From NCBI GenBank assembly GCA_907165135.1, contig OU015568.1:2542001-2606000 (forward strand): a stretch of DNA of 64,000 nucleotides, written 5' to 3'. The stretch is from Oikopleura dioica (lineage: Eukaryota > Animalia > Chordata). The notes below the pieces were generated by a model. That model had not been told where the DNA came from, made no database searches, and saw only the letters and a program-made list of their open reading frames with translations. This document shows, in pieces, positions 12,879 through 26,172 of this stretch. Each line of letters starts with the position of its first letter. The first letter of the stretch is position 1. The translations under genes were made by a program, and so were the position numbers.

Positions 12879-14145
12879 ATGAGTTTTTGGCAAGAGAAAA
12901 TAGACGAACTCGGTACTAATACTGATCCAATGGCGCTTCTTGAGATGGTCAATTCAAATTTGGCTTTAATTGAAGATCGGTCAGAAGAAATTGACTGTAA
13001 AATGACTGAATATCAAATTTCTTGGCTGTGTTTCCAATCAGATAGAGGTAAAAGTTTAACCGTTAAACATTGAAAAATCAATTTTCGGCGAATTCGTCTC
13101 TTGATCTCAATATATTTTAGTTCTGAAGGAAAAGTGCAAAGATTTCCCTAGCAAATCTCCGAGGATCGATAAAAATCTCGCTCTACAACTTGAAAAATAC
13201 GAGGATTTTCATTTTGTCTACTGTAATCAGGAAGAGTTCCAGTTGAAGAGGTCATCAATCGAGCGAGTTATTTCGGAACAAGTCAATGCAGCTAAAAACA
13301 TCAATGGCAATCATCCTTATATTTCTAATTCAATGATTAATTCTGCACAAGAATTTGCTGAGTCTAAAGATCAAAGAGATGACTTCGATAAATACGTCAC
13401 CAATATCGCCTTCCTTGAAAAAAACCATCCGACTGAGATGCTTAATCTTCTTAGATACCGATACGTCCGACTTTGGCTTGAATTTAAAAATTCTCTTATC
13501 TCTTCAAGAAAAAATGAGAACTATTATCAACAGCAACTTCAAAAACTAACGAAAGAGAAAGAACTTCAGCAAAAAAATCAAGAAAAATTGCGAGAACTTC
13601 AGCAAGAAAATGAAGAAAAATGGCAAGAATTTCAGCAAAAAAATCAAGAAAAATTTCAAGCAACAGTTGAGGAAAACAAAAAGAAATTGATAAATCTCAA
13701 AAATGAAATCAACTTTCTCAATATTGCGGTTGAAAAAAGAAACAATACTATAAAAGTACAAAAAGCGGAAATTGAAAATTTTAGGAGGGCTGCAGAAAAG
13801 TATCAATCCGACAAAAATGAACTCAAACGGACACGTAAAAGTTTGGATGAAGAAAGATTGAAATCAAAAACAGTACAGAAGAAAACTGATTACCTCGAAA
13901 AAGAACAGAATGAGCGAATTAAATCTCTTGAAGGGGAAGTTGAATATCTAAGACGCGAGAAACCTGATGAATGCTCAATTTGTTGCTCAAATTATGATAC
14001 AAAGGATCATCGCAAATGCTGTCTGGCAAAATGTGGTCATCAGTTTTGCATCAAATGTTTGAAAGATGTTCTCGGAAAAAATAATGCAGACTGTCCAACT
14101 TGTCGCTCAGATTTCTCTGAAAAGCACATTATCAAACTCTTTTAA
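12879..14145 (+). CDS. Coiled-coil protein with C-terminal RING-HC finger (putative E3 ligase), 2 exons
   Basis: The 12879 exon splices in frame (acceptor 13120) into ORF 13243-14145. It has a Q/E/K-rich coiled coil and CSICC...KCGHQFCIKC...CPTCR. Confidence 0.85.
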
Positions 14146-15965
14146 TGTTGTGTTCTCAAATAAAATAGTCAGAAAACTCTTTTTGATATTCACGATAATA
14201 TAAAGAAACAGAGATGCCTTAGATAACTTTAGGTAGTGCCGGGCGGCGGGATCAGTCAATTCAGCCAAATTCGGAAATCGTATTTTCGATAAAAATGGAA
14301 TTATGGGCGCACACCCTGTGGTTGGCAAGAGGAATAAAGATGCGCAAAGCTGCACTTAAACGCGCAACTTTTTTTTGAAAAGAACGTAGCAATTTATTTT
14401 TATCCGACGTAGAGTTTTTTGAACACTAGATATTGATGACAGCATTTTTCATAATTTCAGGAATAATTTTTACGACCTTAAAATTGTAGCTAAAAATACA
14501 GCTTAATTTTTGTCTACATAACATCACATTTGTCGTCATTTTTCAAAGTGCCCTGGCGCCAATTCTCACAAATTTTAGTTTGACCAAAGAAATTTTCCAA
14601 AAATGCTATTTCTAGTTTTTTTTGCTATTTTTAAACATTTTCAAGAGCGTGACGCAATTTTTGAAGGCTTAAAACTTTTTAAAAGTTCATTTCAAAACTT
14701 GTTTCATTTTTTCGTGAAACATTTTTTCTAAGCGCGAAGTTACTTTGATCAAAATTTCGAAACATGCGTTTAGAAGTTTTAAAAAAATGATGTTCGTAAT
14801 CGACAGAAAAAATCTTGAAATCTTGAATTTTGATTAATTGCGCGAATTACCGAACGGTTGCTTCAAATCAGGATACGTACAAGTCATTGAGAAAACACAG
14901 TACTCGTACTTGTAAAAATTTTGCAATGGTCAGTTAAATGAAGCCGAGTTTCATTTCCGAAACAATATTTTTAGAATTTAATGCTCTTGTGGGGAGATTT
15001 CTTGCGTTGAGAAAATATGTTGTGTTTTTTACTTCAAAAAATTTAATGACGCCTGCATTTAGCAACCTGTGTAGAAAACCTGCGTAAAGATTTTTTATTC
15101 ATTAGTTGCTGAAAACTGACTAGAAAGCCGAGTCGCGGCTTTTTTACAATCAAAGCCGCAGGGCGGCTTTGCAAAAATCACTTTTTCAAATTTGTTCTTT
15201 GGTGACCCTGACTCAGGTTTTCTAGACAGGTTGCCGAGCAGACTGACGGCGACCTAAAACGCGGACTTACTGATGTCTACTTATCTTAATTTTATTCGTG
15301 TTTTACTTACTACTGGGAAATCCAGAAGTTCAACTCTGACGCCATTTTTGAGAATCTTTGCGAGTCGAATCTCCGAATTCGGGATCTGGTATTGCATGTT
15401 GGAAAGGGTTAAGGGCTTAGATATTGATGCTTCCTTCTCCAAATTGATATCATCTTGTTTTGGGATTGAACTGCTGGTTCTGTGGTTTTCTATTAAAATG
15501 GAATTGATCAAATAGAAAAATATATAAATTTTTAATATAAAATTTAAACATTTTATTAATATTGTTGAATTGCTCACAGCTTTCCGCAATCAGTAGAGGT
15601 GACTTCTGACAAAGATATGAGACAATTTAAACTGAAAAGAAAGATTGCAAAAAGCCTTTTTTGATGCAAGATTGAATCTGATACTATCATTGGCATCACT
15701 GATTAGTCCCTTATAAACACCGAAATTTCTTATCAGAAGACAGAAATTCGCTTGAGTAGCGCTTATCAAATTTTCATGAAAACTCGCGCGCTCAGAGTTC
15801 TAGCGCCCTCCCGCCGCGCGCTCCATCATCGAGCCCCGCGCGCGTATAAAAACGTATTCAATGCTCTCCTCAATCATCAAACTATCGATAAGATAGAAAC
15901 ACTCAAACAAGCTCCTCAAGGAACTTCCAAGTGAAAAAACCTCTTTGTCCTCTTTTATTTCAAAA

Positions 15966-17080
15966 ATGAAACTTTCGACTTTCTTCGCTACCGTCGCCGT
16001 CGCTTTTGCTGATGTTGTCGACGATGACGTTTGCATCTCGAATGGACAGGAAGTTCCCTGTGATGCTCCCCAAGTTGCTCCTATTGTAAGTTTCAGAGAC
16101 CATAATTTAGTGCAGAAATAGTTTTTCCGGATTTTTCGTATGACTAACAAATTGACACTCAACTGACACTGACAAAAACATGGTCAATAGAAGAACTAAT
16201 ACTAGTTAATTATATGAAATAAAATTGGAATATAAATTTTGAAGTAAAAACAAAAGGTCTCATTCACTCAAAATTCTCTAGGTCCGATCCGGCCGACAAG
16301 AAGTCGATCGAAGTATTGACCAAGAGCGTCGCTACTCCGACCTCAAAGCCATGGCTGAAAAGCTCTGGGCTAAGAACGGGCTCAAGGGAGACGATGCTTT
16401 TGACGAGCGAAAATACTGGGCTTACGGCTGCCACTGCTATCTCCTCGGTAAGAAAGAACTTCCTCGTTATTTTTCTTCAATTTTACTTCCTAGGAGACAG
16501 ACCAATGACCGAGATGGGTATGGGCCGACCTAAGGACGCCCTTGACGCCAAGTGCAAGGCGTACAAGGAGTGCCAGCGATGCGTCCGAAAGAACCACGGA
16601 GACGAGTGCATCGGCGAGTTTGTCCAGTACACCTGGAAATGGTCCGGAAGACAGGTGAGCTACTCGACAAATTGATCGTAGATTTTCAATACTCATTTTA
16701 GAACGAGTTGGTTGGACGAGATGACGCTGGATCTTGCCCTCGAGAGCTCTTTGAGTGCGACAAGAAATTCGTCGAAGATATTCTTGCGGAAAAGGACGTC
16801 TTCGACAACCAATACCACGCTTTCTGGTCCGGCGGAGATGGCGAGAGCTTCTTCGATAATCGAGACCCAGCCAACTGCTATTCCGCTGGAGGAGTTCCAG
16901 GTAAAGAATCCCCGCTTCTACCATCTCTTACATCGTTTAGTCGAGCACCAATGCTGCGGAGGCCACGACCAGCCCTTCTTCTGGATGAACAAGAACAAAA
17001 ACACTTGCTGCGCTACTCGAGATGGCAATTCCGGAAACGTCAAACCATCTGGCTTCTCTTGCCCCCACGGAACCTTTTGA
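15966..17080 (+). CDS. Secreted Cys-rich protein with a secretory phospholipase A2-like fold, catalytic residues absent
   Basis: Signal peptide MKLSTFFATVAVAFA and five exons joined in frame. It contains YGCHCYLLG..GMGRPKDALDAKCKAYKECQRC, CPRELFECDKKF and a C-terminal CCGG...CC tail. Confidence 0.8.
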
Positions 17081-18740
17081 AGCTTCTTCAAGTTAAATAA
17101 TAACGACCTGTAAATTTTTATACGATACTTTTTCCTTCGCCATTTTTTGTGCCCGATTATATAATAAACAATACTGCAGTAAATCTGTCTTTTCGCTTAC
17201 TAAAAATTTTGAGTCAAAAACAATTTGATCGTTTGAATTAATTGATTCAAATTCTTGCAGAGGTGTTTCGATTTGCTTGGTTAATTTCAGTGCATTCAAT
17301 CTTCAACGCTCTTATTGAGCATTTTTTTTCATTCAAGAGCGCTTCAGGCTAAGGAATGAAAGAACCTCGTGATTCATGAGCTGATGAATCTGTTGCTGGC
17401 TCTCTGAGCAGCTCCGAACGCTGATTTACGAGAGAGTCTCAGACCTTGCCCGCCGCCAGAGAAGGAAAAACAACCAAAGTTGTAAAAAACAAATCATTTT
17501 ACCGGAGAGAAAAAGTGAATTTCAATCGTAGTAGTCCAGATACTCATGTAAGTAAATATATAATAACAAACTCATTGAAGAAAAATAGTAAAAAGTATTC
17601 AAGCTTTCCTTCAAAAATGCATCTTATGGTTTTTATAAAGAAATTGTATCCAATAAAGTATGTCGGTTTCCAGGCATTTCTTAAAAAAAAATAGATTCGA
17701 AATAAAAAAAAAAATTGACATAAAAAGTCTCTTAGAGAAGGAAAAAACAAGAATCGCTGTCATGCAATCAGCTTATTTTAATTGCATTAGCATTGTCAAT
17801 CATCTCCTAATCACTACCAACGTGTTTTACTAGTCTGACTGCTTCCTCCCCGTCACAAAAACAAGAGTCACCGCATTCAGTGATGAACTTATGAATATAT
17901 TAAAAGCAGCTTTCTTCATTTTAGCCGTCTCATTTTCACCCTCAATAATTCACAAGGTCCGTCTTTAGAGCATTTTCTCTCAATCTTTTTAATCCAGTTT
18001 CTTTTGTTTTGCGCGTGTCAAGAGTCTTGACTCAAGACGAGAAAATAACAAATTGAGGTGGCGGTCGAGAATTTTTTGTAAAGATTGATGAGGTCAAAAA
18101 TTTTTCAAATAAAAATATAAAGTTGGATAAAAGCCAAGGCACAAGGGTGTAAAACTAATTGTAAATAAGCAGGAAGCGGTTGTAATGTTGCCATTACCGC
18201 GATTGTCATAACCCTTGTAAAAGAGAGAGAACGGCGACGATGAATTTGAAAATTTTCCAAATGATATTTGTTTTCGCCTAGGGGAACTTTGCGCGTTTGC
18301 CCAGGTTAAGGGCCCAGTACATAATTGACCTTGAATCAAGGGGATCCTCACGGGCTTTTCCATCCTTTTTTCCCAAAAAAGACCGGAGAGAACTCAAAGA
18401 AAACGGTAAAAATCGCTGTTGATGCCCTTAAAACTGCTGATTTTGTGTCATATTTTCCCGAAAAAGTAAGCCGTAAATACGCGTAAATCAAAAATCAGTT
18501 GTTTGATTTTGACAAGTCGTAATGAATGTTTGCAGAGATCAAACGAGGCCACAACTGGCTAATATTTTTCCAATTGACAAACTTCTTTGTAGATTTCGAC
18601 AGGAAGATTAACTTGAACCAGAGGGAGCCGAGGAGAATCGCCCCGGCGCGCGTGCCCTAAGAAAAGAAGTCATTATTATCGAAACAGCGTTGAATACATT
18701 TTTTGGAAGAAAAAAACGAAGAGAAGGGAAACAGCTTAAG

Positions 18741-21700
18741 ATGAGCGATCAAGTTAAAATATCAGGTACAAAACTTATTCGGAAAAAGGACAATTTTCGA
18801 TATTTTTTGCAGAAAGAGGATGAAAAAAATAGCAATCATCATTTAAAATCTGGTCAACTAATGAGTTATTTGTTTGTTTAGAAATCAAACCCTAACCCTA
18901 ACCCTAACCCTAACCCTGACCATGACTCTAAGCAAAACCCTAAAAAATCTTCTAGGAACACTGATGGAACGACAAAAAGCGCTTGAAAAATCGCAACAAA
19001 GCTGGAAAAACAGCCAACAAAAGGTAAAGGCCCTTCTTAGAAACGCCCTTCAGCTGTCCATTTAATAGAATGATCTGAGAAAAAGAACATTCGATGCATT
19101 ATTCAAAAGATTTCCGCAAAGCACTTCAAAACTTTTTTGCCCCGCGTTAGAGATTATGAGCTGGGTCAACATTTGCTCAGATTTGACGAGCGCCGGAAAT
19201 CGCACAATCAAAATGACATGTTCAGAAGACAGTAATACTCCACTGTTATTCGGAACATGGGGAATATTAAACTTCTGGGAAAAGTTCAGCTTTGCAAATA
19301 TCGAAAATGCCGGCAAATTTATCAAAAGACAAAATTATCGAAAAATTCACTAGAATTTTAAGGCAAATATCGTTCCACAAAACAAATTGTCTGACAGACT
19401 CGCTGGTCTTCAGAAAAATGCAACTTGGCAGAAAAAATCTTCATCTGATCCCCTTCCCGTGTCATCTGGAAAACTCTCAGATCGACTCGCCCAATGCCAG
19501 GAGAATGCGAAATACAAAGAAAAGAAGATGGAGGTACAGAGTGCGGGCAATTTGAATAAAAAGCTTGACTTGCTAAATGCGGCGGAAAGCAATTGGAAGA
19601 AAAAGGTCGAACATAAAGATCATCAAAGCTTGTCGACTTCCGCAAAGGTGAGATCTTTGATTTGACAATCAAAAAATAAAAACAATAACTCTTTCGTATA
19701 AATTATAAATTGGTCGAAAATTTCATCAGTAACAAGAGTGAATTCAAATTTTTAAGTGAAAGAAATTAGTCGGCTACATCCTCAATTTATAAAATTCATT
19801 ATTCAGGCACAAAAATCCGGAAACAAATTCTCCAAAACCCCGTCTCGAACAACCTCTCTACCAGTCAAATCCGTCATCAAGCCGCAAACCATCAAGTTAT
19901 CCAAAAACTCCGAGGCGCGTTCAAAATCATTGTCAGAGGACATTTCCGACCTTGAAAAGCTGGCAACACGAAAGGGAGAAGATTCCGTCTCGCTGAAAGT
20001 AACAAGAAATCAGAAAATTCCGAAGTTCGACGAAAGCATTCTTGATGAAATTCTCTCGCCTTCGTTCAAAGAAAATGTTCAACCGGCGAAGGATGCGGAG
20101 GACTTTTCTTTCATTCCTCAATCACCTCCTCCGAAAATCACCCGGCTTTCAAAGCCAAGAAGAAAGCGCCCCGCTCGGGAGCAAAACCGCAATCCTCTGA
20201 GATCCGCGCCGATTGGAGAGGATAACTACACGGAAGAAAAGACTAATTTGTCGGAGAAAATGTCCGGGAAGGTCTTTACGAATTCCGCCCTTGCTGGTTT
20301 AGCGGCGAAAGAAGACATCAACGCCGTCAAATTGAAATCCAAAAATGATCGGTTACTCGCTGATGATTCGCCATACAAACACCCGATGCTGATAAAACTC
20401 AAGGGGAGAAAGCGAGCTTTTCCGTTTGTCGTTCCTTGCTCGATCTCATCCCTCACCAATGATGACTCATTCATCCTCATCACTCAAAGTACCGTCTTCG
20501 TTTTCCTTTCCGAGTTCTCCAACATCGTAGAAAAAGCAAAAGCGAAAGATTTTGCCCGGTTTGTTTGCCAGACATCAGATTTGGGCACGAAAAATCCAGT
20601 TTACAAGCTTGTCAGTGCAAAAACCAACGAGTTCTGGAAAATCCTCGGTGGAAAAATGGAAGACATAGAAGAGGTCAAATACGACCCAGATATGGCAGAT
20701 GATGATTTTGAGGCAGAGTGCTTTTCGAATTCAAGAGTTTGGGAAGTGATAAAAGCTGAAAATGAAGATTCAGCGATGCTTAAACCGGTTGAAAACCAAT
20801 GGGGAAGAAGTCCGAGCCAAAAGGACCTGGAGAGCGAAAAGATCTTCGTCTTCGAATTTGGTGCCGAAATTTACACCTGGATCGGGGCAAAAGCTCAGTA
20901 TCGACTTAGAACAAAGGCGAAAGAGCTTGTCAATTATCTGATCGCTAATTATTACGGTGAATCTGATCTAGAATCGATGATCATTGGCCGAGTTACCGAA
21001 CATAGGGAGACCTCGTTGTTCTCCGAAAAATTCGTCGACTGGATTCGACCGAACCAAGAAAATGTCCTTTTACCTATCGCAGAACGAAACAAACTCAACA
21101 TTCAAATCATCGACTACAAACCCGTGACCCCAGATCTCGACACAGAAACTCCCGACTATCCCCTGACCGAAGGGAAATTCAACGTCTCCGGCGGAGATGG
21201 CGAAATCGTCGGCGATGATGGACGAATCATGAAAATTTCAACGATCAGTTATGAAAAACTCACCCCGATGAATGGAAAATTAAAGACGATCAGCAAGAGT
21301 ACTTTGACTTCTGAAGATGTTGTTCTCGTAATATGGAAGTTTTCAATCGCTGGGACGGGCAAATGGTTTGGAAAACAAATGAAGAGCGTGAGAAATCAGC
21401 AAGATCTGCCAAAGGGAAGCCAAAAGGAAGTACTGTTCCTCTGGGGCGGAACTGAAGCATCGGAACTCCTGCTTGGAGAAGCTGCTCTTCTTGCGCAGGA
21501 TTTGGGACTCGGAGTGACTCACAATCTCAAGCCGGGGATGGAACCGAAGGCGTTTTTGAAAGCTTGGAGTGGAAGACTAACGATTGAGAAATCAGCAAAC
21601 TCTGGCGACAAATTATACACGAACTGTGATTCCTTGACTATGGAGGTCACTTGCGACAAGGAATCAGTGAGACACGGAATGAACTTCTTCTACCGAAAAG

Positions 21701-22177
21701 AAGGAGGGAGAAGAGTTCAAATGGGAAGTGGTGGGCCAAGCTGGTTCTCGGAAACGCCGAAAGAGCCTGTTGAAAAAGTTGAAAAATTATGGTCAGCGGA
21801 GAATTTCAAAGATCGAATTGGTAAGAAATGAGTCCTGATTTACCTCCTCCTTATAATTTTTTTAAGTTGCGATTGAGCTGCCCTCAAGAAAAATCTGGAA
21901 GAACTACCCATACGAGCTTTCTCAACTTACATCCCTCAGCCTCTTAATGACCAATATCAGAATCTACATCATCTCCGACACGCCAAAAACAGAGGGCTCC
22001 CATGCACAGGACTTTCAAAAGCGAGTCGAGTGTGTTCGTGAAATTGCGAAGAACATCTCAAATGGTAAATTATTCTTTATTAAATTTTCCATGAAAAAGT
22101 TTTTAGGAAAAACAATCAAAAAAATTGAAAAATCGACTTTACCTCATCGTTTCAAATGCCTTTTTCCTCCTGTATAA
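18741..22177 (+). CDS. Supervillin-like / gelsolin-villin family actin-binding protein
   Basis: Repeated N-terminal (D/E)R(L/Q)xxLxxxxxxWKx motifs. Gelsolin-like segment LIKLKGRKR...SSLTNDDSFIL...FSNIVEKAKA, then KIFVFEFGAEIYTWIG and SALFSEKF-like TSLFSEKFVDW. Start and last exons were inferred manually. Confidence 0.8.
18888..18917. repeat. Interstitial telomere-type repeat (AACCCT)5, i.e. TTAGGG on the minus strand
   Basis: Five perfect AACCCT units followed by degenerate units. Lies in the inferred first intron of the supervillin-like gene. Confidence 0.85.
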
Positions 22178-22410
22178 GACCTATTATTAAACTATTGCTT
22201 GAAATATAAAGACCACGAAAAAATAAACAAAAATCAAAAATTATCTTTCAAAAACCGGACTTGCTTCGAGCAACTTCGCGGGGATTTTCCACTTTCGATC
22301 TCTCGCTTCTCATTTTTCTCAAGGGTTCAACCGGTTCAAGCTCAACCGCTCAGCATAAAAAAGAGTCTGCGGCGCGGTAGAATATCAGTTTTAAGAGAAG
22401 TTCTGAGACA

Positions 22411-22829
22411 ATGAAATTTCGCTTGATAGAAGGTAAGAAATAAAAGTGTCGCTCTTTTGTTTTAATGCCGAATTCGACTTGACCTTTAGGGTCAATAGTT
22501 AAGACAATGAAAGAACTGAAGAAAGGGTAAAATAAATAGACGAATATTTCTGAGTTTTATCAGAAAAATTAATGAATTGATGCATCATAAAACAAGAGGA
22601 AATGCGCTTTATACTGAAATTATTCTTCAAAGATAAAAAATCAAAAAAGCTGTCTTCTGATCCAGGTTATATATTTTTTGGGTTTCATTTGTGTAAAAAT
22701 GTAGGTCAAATTCAAATTCACTTATCACGCCTTCTGGCTCAAATATTGTCTCAGTTGATCGAGATTTCTTTGAATTGGTCAAAACAAAGTTTGTCATTTC
22801 AGAAACAAATTCAAGACAGTGCTAAATAA
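22411..22829 (+). CDS. Possible small spliced hypothetical gene
   Basis: ATG mini-exon with a gtaag donor at 22433, plus further short GT-AG-bounded open segments. No recognisable motif. Confidence 0.25.
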
Positions 22830-22901
22830 CACGCCATTCAACACATAGTAGAATTTTCAGCTTTCAATTTTATTCAATTCGAAATTTGCTTATAAACGAT
22901 T

Positions 22902-25081
22902 ATGGAAGAGGAAAATAGATTGAAAGATAAAATGAAAATTTCAGAGTTCGATGATATTTGGAATGTTCTGCCTCATTTCAGGAAAGTGGTTACAAAAAAA
23001 TATTCTCGTGAAGACTTACAATCTTTTCAACCTCTTTAAAAGCGGATATCAGCTGTGGATCACTGCTGTTGCCGGATATATCAGCATGGTTGGAGGCCTA
23101 TGCGCTCTGTTTCCCGTATTCGGACAATGGACTCCACCATATCATTGCAAAAGTCCTCTTGACGATCAGTTCTCTTCCTTGACTTTCGCCGAAATTTCAA
23201 CTCTCCATCAAAGTAATTATAGTCTCAATCCATTCTCCCATCATTTCATTAGATGTTCTTGGACTGGATTCATGCGAAACCGCAAAATTTTCAGTCACAC
23301 AGAATTGCACACATTCGACCAATTTTTCCGATATTGAGGGCTGCTTGAAAAAGGAGATCAGTAACTCGACGATCGAATCATATGATTGTCAGCCAGACGA
23401 TTTTCTTTACAACATGGAAGCGATCGGTCAACCAATTGATAAAGATAACATGCTATTTAGATCTGTAAGTTCTTTCTATTTAATAAGGACGAACAATTTT
23501 GATAGGGGAATCGTGGCAAACGACTGTCTCAGAATTCAACACCGTCTGTTCGCGACAGTGGCTGGGCTCTCTGATGACTTCTGCCGGAATAATTGGCCAA
23601 TGGCTCGGAGCGATTTTCGCAGGAATTTATGCTGACAGATTTGGGCGAAGAAATGCCGTTTTTGTCTTTTCTTCCTTGATGGCCGCGCTGTCCATTTTTC
23701 AAGGAGTTCTCAACAACGAATACGGTTTCATTATTTGTCGAGTCTTAGTGATGGCCTGCAGCGTAAGTCAATACAGTAATCACACTTGTAAACATCTCAA
23801 TTCAGCAAATAGCTTACATCGCAGCCTTGACATACGGGGTCGAGCTGACAGGACCGTCAAAGAGGTCGATTCCCGGAAGCCTGATCAATGTCTATTTCTC
23901 CGTCGGCTACTCTGGAATTTCTCTGATCGCTTGGTTCATTCCCGACTGGCAAGGATTGTCAGTCGCAATCGGCATTTTTGCTGCAATCCAAGTTTTCTTA
24001 TGTAATTTTTCCACCTCTGCACACTATTTAATTATTTTAGGTTTTTTCATTCCCGAGTCGCCTCGATTTCTCGCAATCAAAAATGAAATTGAAAAAGCCG
24101 GAGATGTTCTCAAAACCATCGCTTCTAAGACGAACACAAAACTTGATGAGAACATCGTTGATGAACTAAGTGGATTAACAAAATTTGAAAAAGAGAAAGA
24201 AAAATCTGAAAAAACGACGTCGGATCTCTTCAAGACAACTCCCATCAGACTTGGTTTAACTTTTTGAAAATACAATTTTTTAATTATTTTTCAGTGACGC
24301 TGAATATTGGTTTTTCATTTATTGTCGTCACAATTGTTTACTACGGGCTCGCTTACAATGTTTCATCCCTTTCGTAAGACGGACTCTTTTTATCATTTTT
24401 GACTTGATTTCAGAGGCGATATTTATGTGAATAATGTTATTAATGGACTTGTCGAGTGTTTCGGCTATTTTGTAAGCATCCCTCTTATCGACCGATTTGG
24501 CCGAAGATCTACAACAGGAATGGTCATGTTAAACAGTCTTTACTCTATTTTCTTTGATTTTATTTGACCATAAAAAGCAACAATGATGTACATTGGTTCC
24601 ACCTCTTTGTTTCTATTCATGCTTACAGATCAACTCGGATTTGACTCTGTAACAATTCAAGAATGCGGAAAATGGCTAGCGTTTATTGGAAAATTCTGCG
24701 TCTCCGGTGCTTTTAACAATATCTTCATCTTCGCGTCTGAGCTTTATCCGACTGAAATCAGAACCGTCGGCGTTGGATTTTGCTCGATGGTTGGTCGCGT
24801 TTCCGGGGCGCTGAGTCCGTTCTTACTAGGAATCGGTTTTATGCTTCGGGGTCAAATAAGCACTCAAAGCATTATAAAACCTTGACAAAGCTCTTCAAAA
24901 TAAGCCCGGATTCGGCTGGTTCCCTTACACGCTTTTTGCTGTTTCCGGCTTTTCTTCAGCGACTCTTCTTTTAAAACTGCCAGAAACCAACAATGTGAAT
25001 CTAACTGAGACACTCGAAGAAGCTGAGGAGTTTTACAGGTCATCTTCTTCAAAGAAATGCTCAGAAGGACGTCTTTTATGA
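22902..25081 (+). CDS. SLC22-family organic cation/anion transporter (MFS)
   Basis: Cys-containing large first loop, TTVSEFNTVCSRQW, ADRFGRRN, YGVELTGPSKR, IPESPRFL, DRFGRR, ASELYPTEIRTVGVG and LPETNN. Confidence 0.93.
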
Positions 25082-25630
25082 TTTTTTTCGTTTGATGGAA
25101 TGAGATTCAGTTTCAAATATTATCTTTCCTGCATTAGTTTAAAATAAATTATCTAAGAGAAAAATATGATTGTATTCAAACAGAAAGCTCTTAATTGAAG
25201 TTACCTTTGATTAGATGTTTGCGTACTGATGACTATTTGATGAAGAATTGTGGCAGACGGAAATTGCTCGGAAATAATACTCATTTAGGCGGGGCCGGAG
25301 TCAACAGATCGATCATTTTTTTATTAATTTCTATGAAAATGGGTTTTCTAAATATAGTTATTTGCTTGATGAAAATAAATAGCGTTATCATTATCATAAA
25401 ATGATATGAATTCTTAGCGAAATATTATTTCTAGTAGCAAAATAAGGGATTTTTAAAGTGACAAAGCATCCTCTCAGAATAAATTAACGAAAGGTAAGGA
25501 AATAAAAAAAAATAACGGGGTCACAAGTACCTTGCTTTTTTATGACGTGCTCCATTAACTCAGACTTCATCGAACCAAATCAGAGCACAGCTATTTTCTG
25601 AACGCAAAAGAGATTTGACTTTATGGAAGG

Positions 25631-25796
25631 ATGGAGCCAACAGTTATCGGATTGATTTCAGCTGGAGCACTTGCAGTTCTTGTGCTTTTGATCGTTTTTG
25701 TAAGATACAAGTTTCCGGAGAAATTTTCGCTAACAACGAACAGAAAAATGAGTTATCAAAATACAAATCCGAGGCAGAAAACATTCATGGTCAACA
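25631..25796 (+). CDS. Exon encoding an N-terminal transmembrane segment (MEPTVIGLISAGALAVLVLLIVFVRYK); downstream exons unresolved
   Basis: ATG, a 20-aa hydrophobic stretch, basic residues, then a gtaagt donor. Confidence 0.5.
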
Positions 25797-26172
25797 GTAA
25801 GTAGAAGGCATCTTGAATGATAAATTAAAAATAAAATCATATTGATAATGAATCCTTTTTCCAAAATCTGTTTGGTAAAAACGATAATGTAAAATTCTTG
25901 ATTAATATTTTTCGCAAATTTTTGAAGAGTCCGCTCGACAAATATTCCAAAAAGATACTTTAAAAACGATAAAATCATCAGATTTTCCCAATAAAACCAC
26001 CGCAAACCACCTTTTTTATATATCCACAGAGAAGAAAATCGAAATAAAAATAACGACCAACAGCTAAACTCGCAAATTAAAATCAACTGACGACGGGCGG
26101 ATCAAACGACTCTGATAGAGTTATGGCCTGAGAAAACCACAAAAAATGAAATAACTTATCATTGTTGTCCAG

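Noticed and set aside
17093-17750. Possible small minus-strand gene convergent with the PLA2-like gene
   Set aside because: Some exon-like segments are present, but no consistent start-to-stop model could be built.
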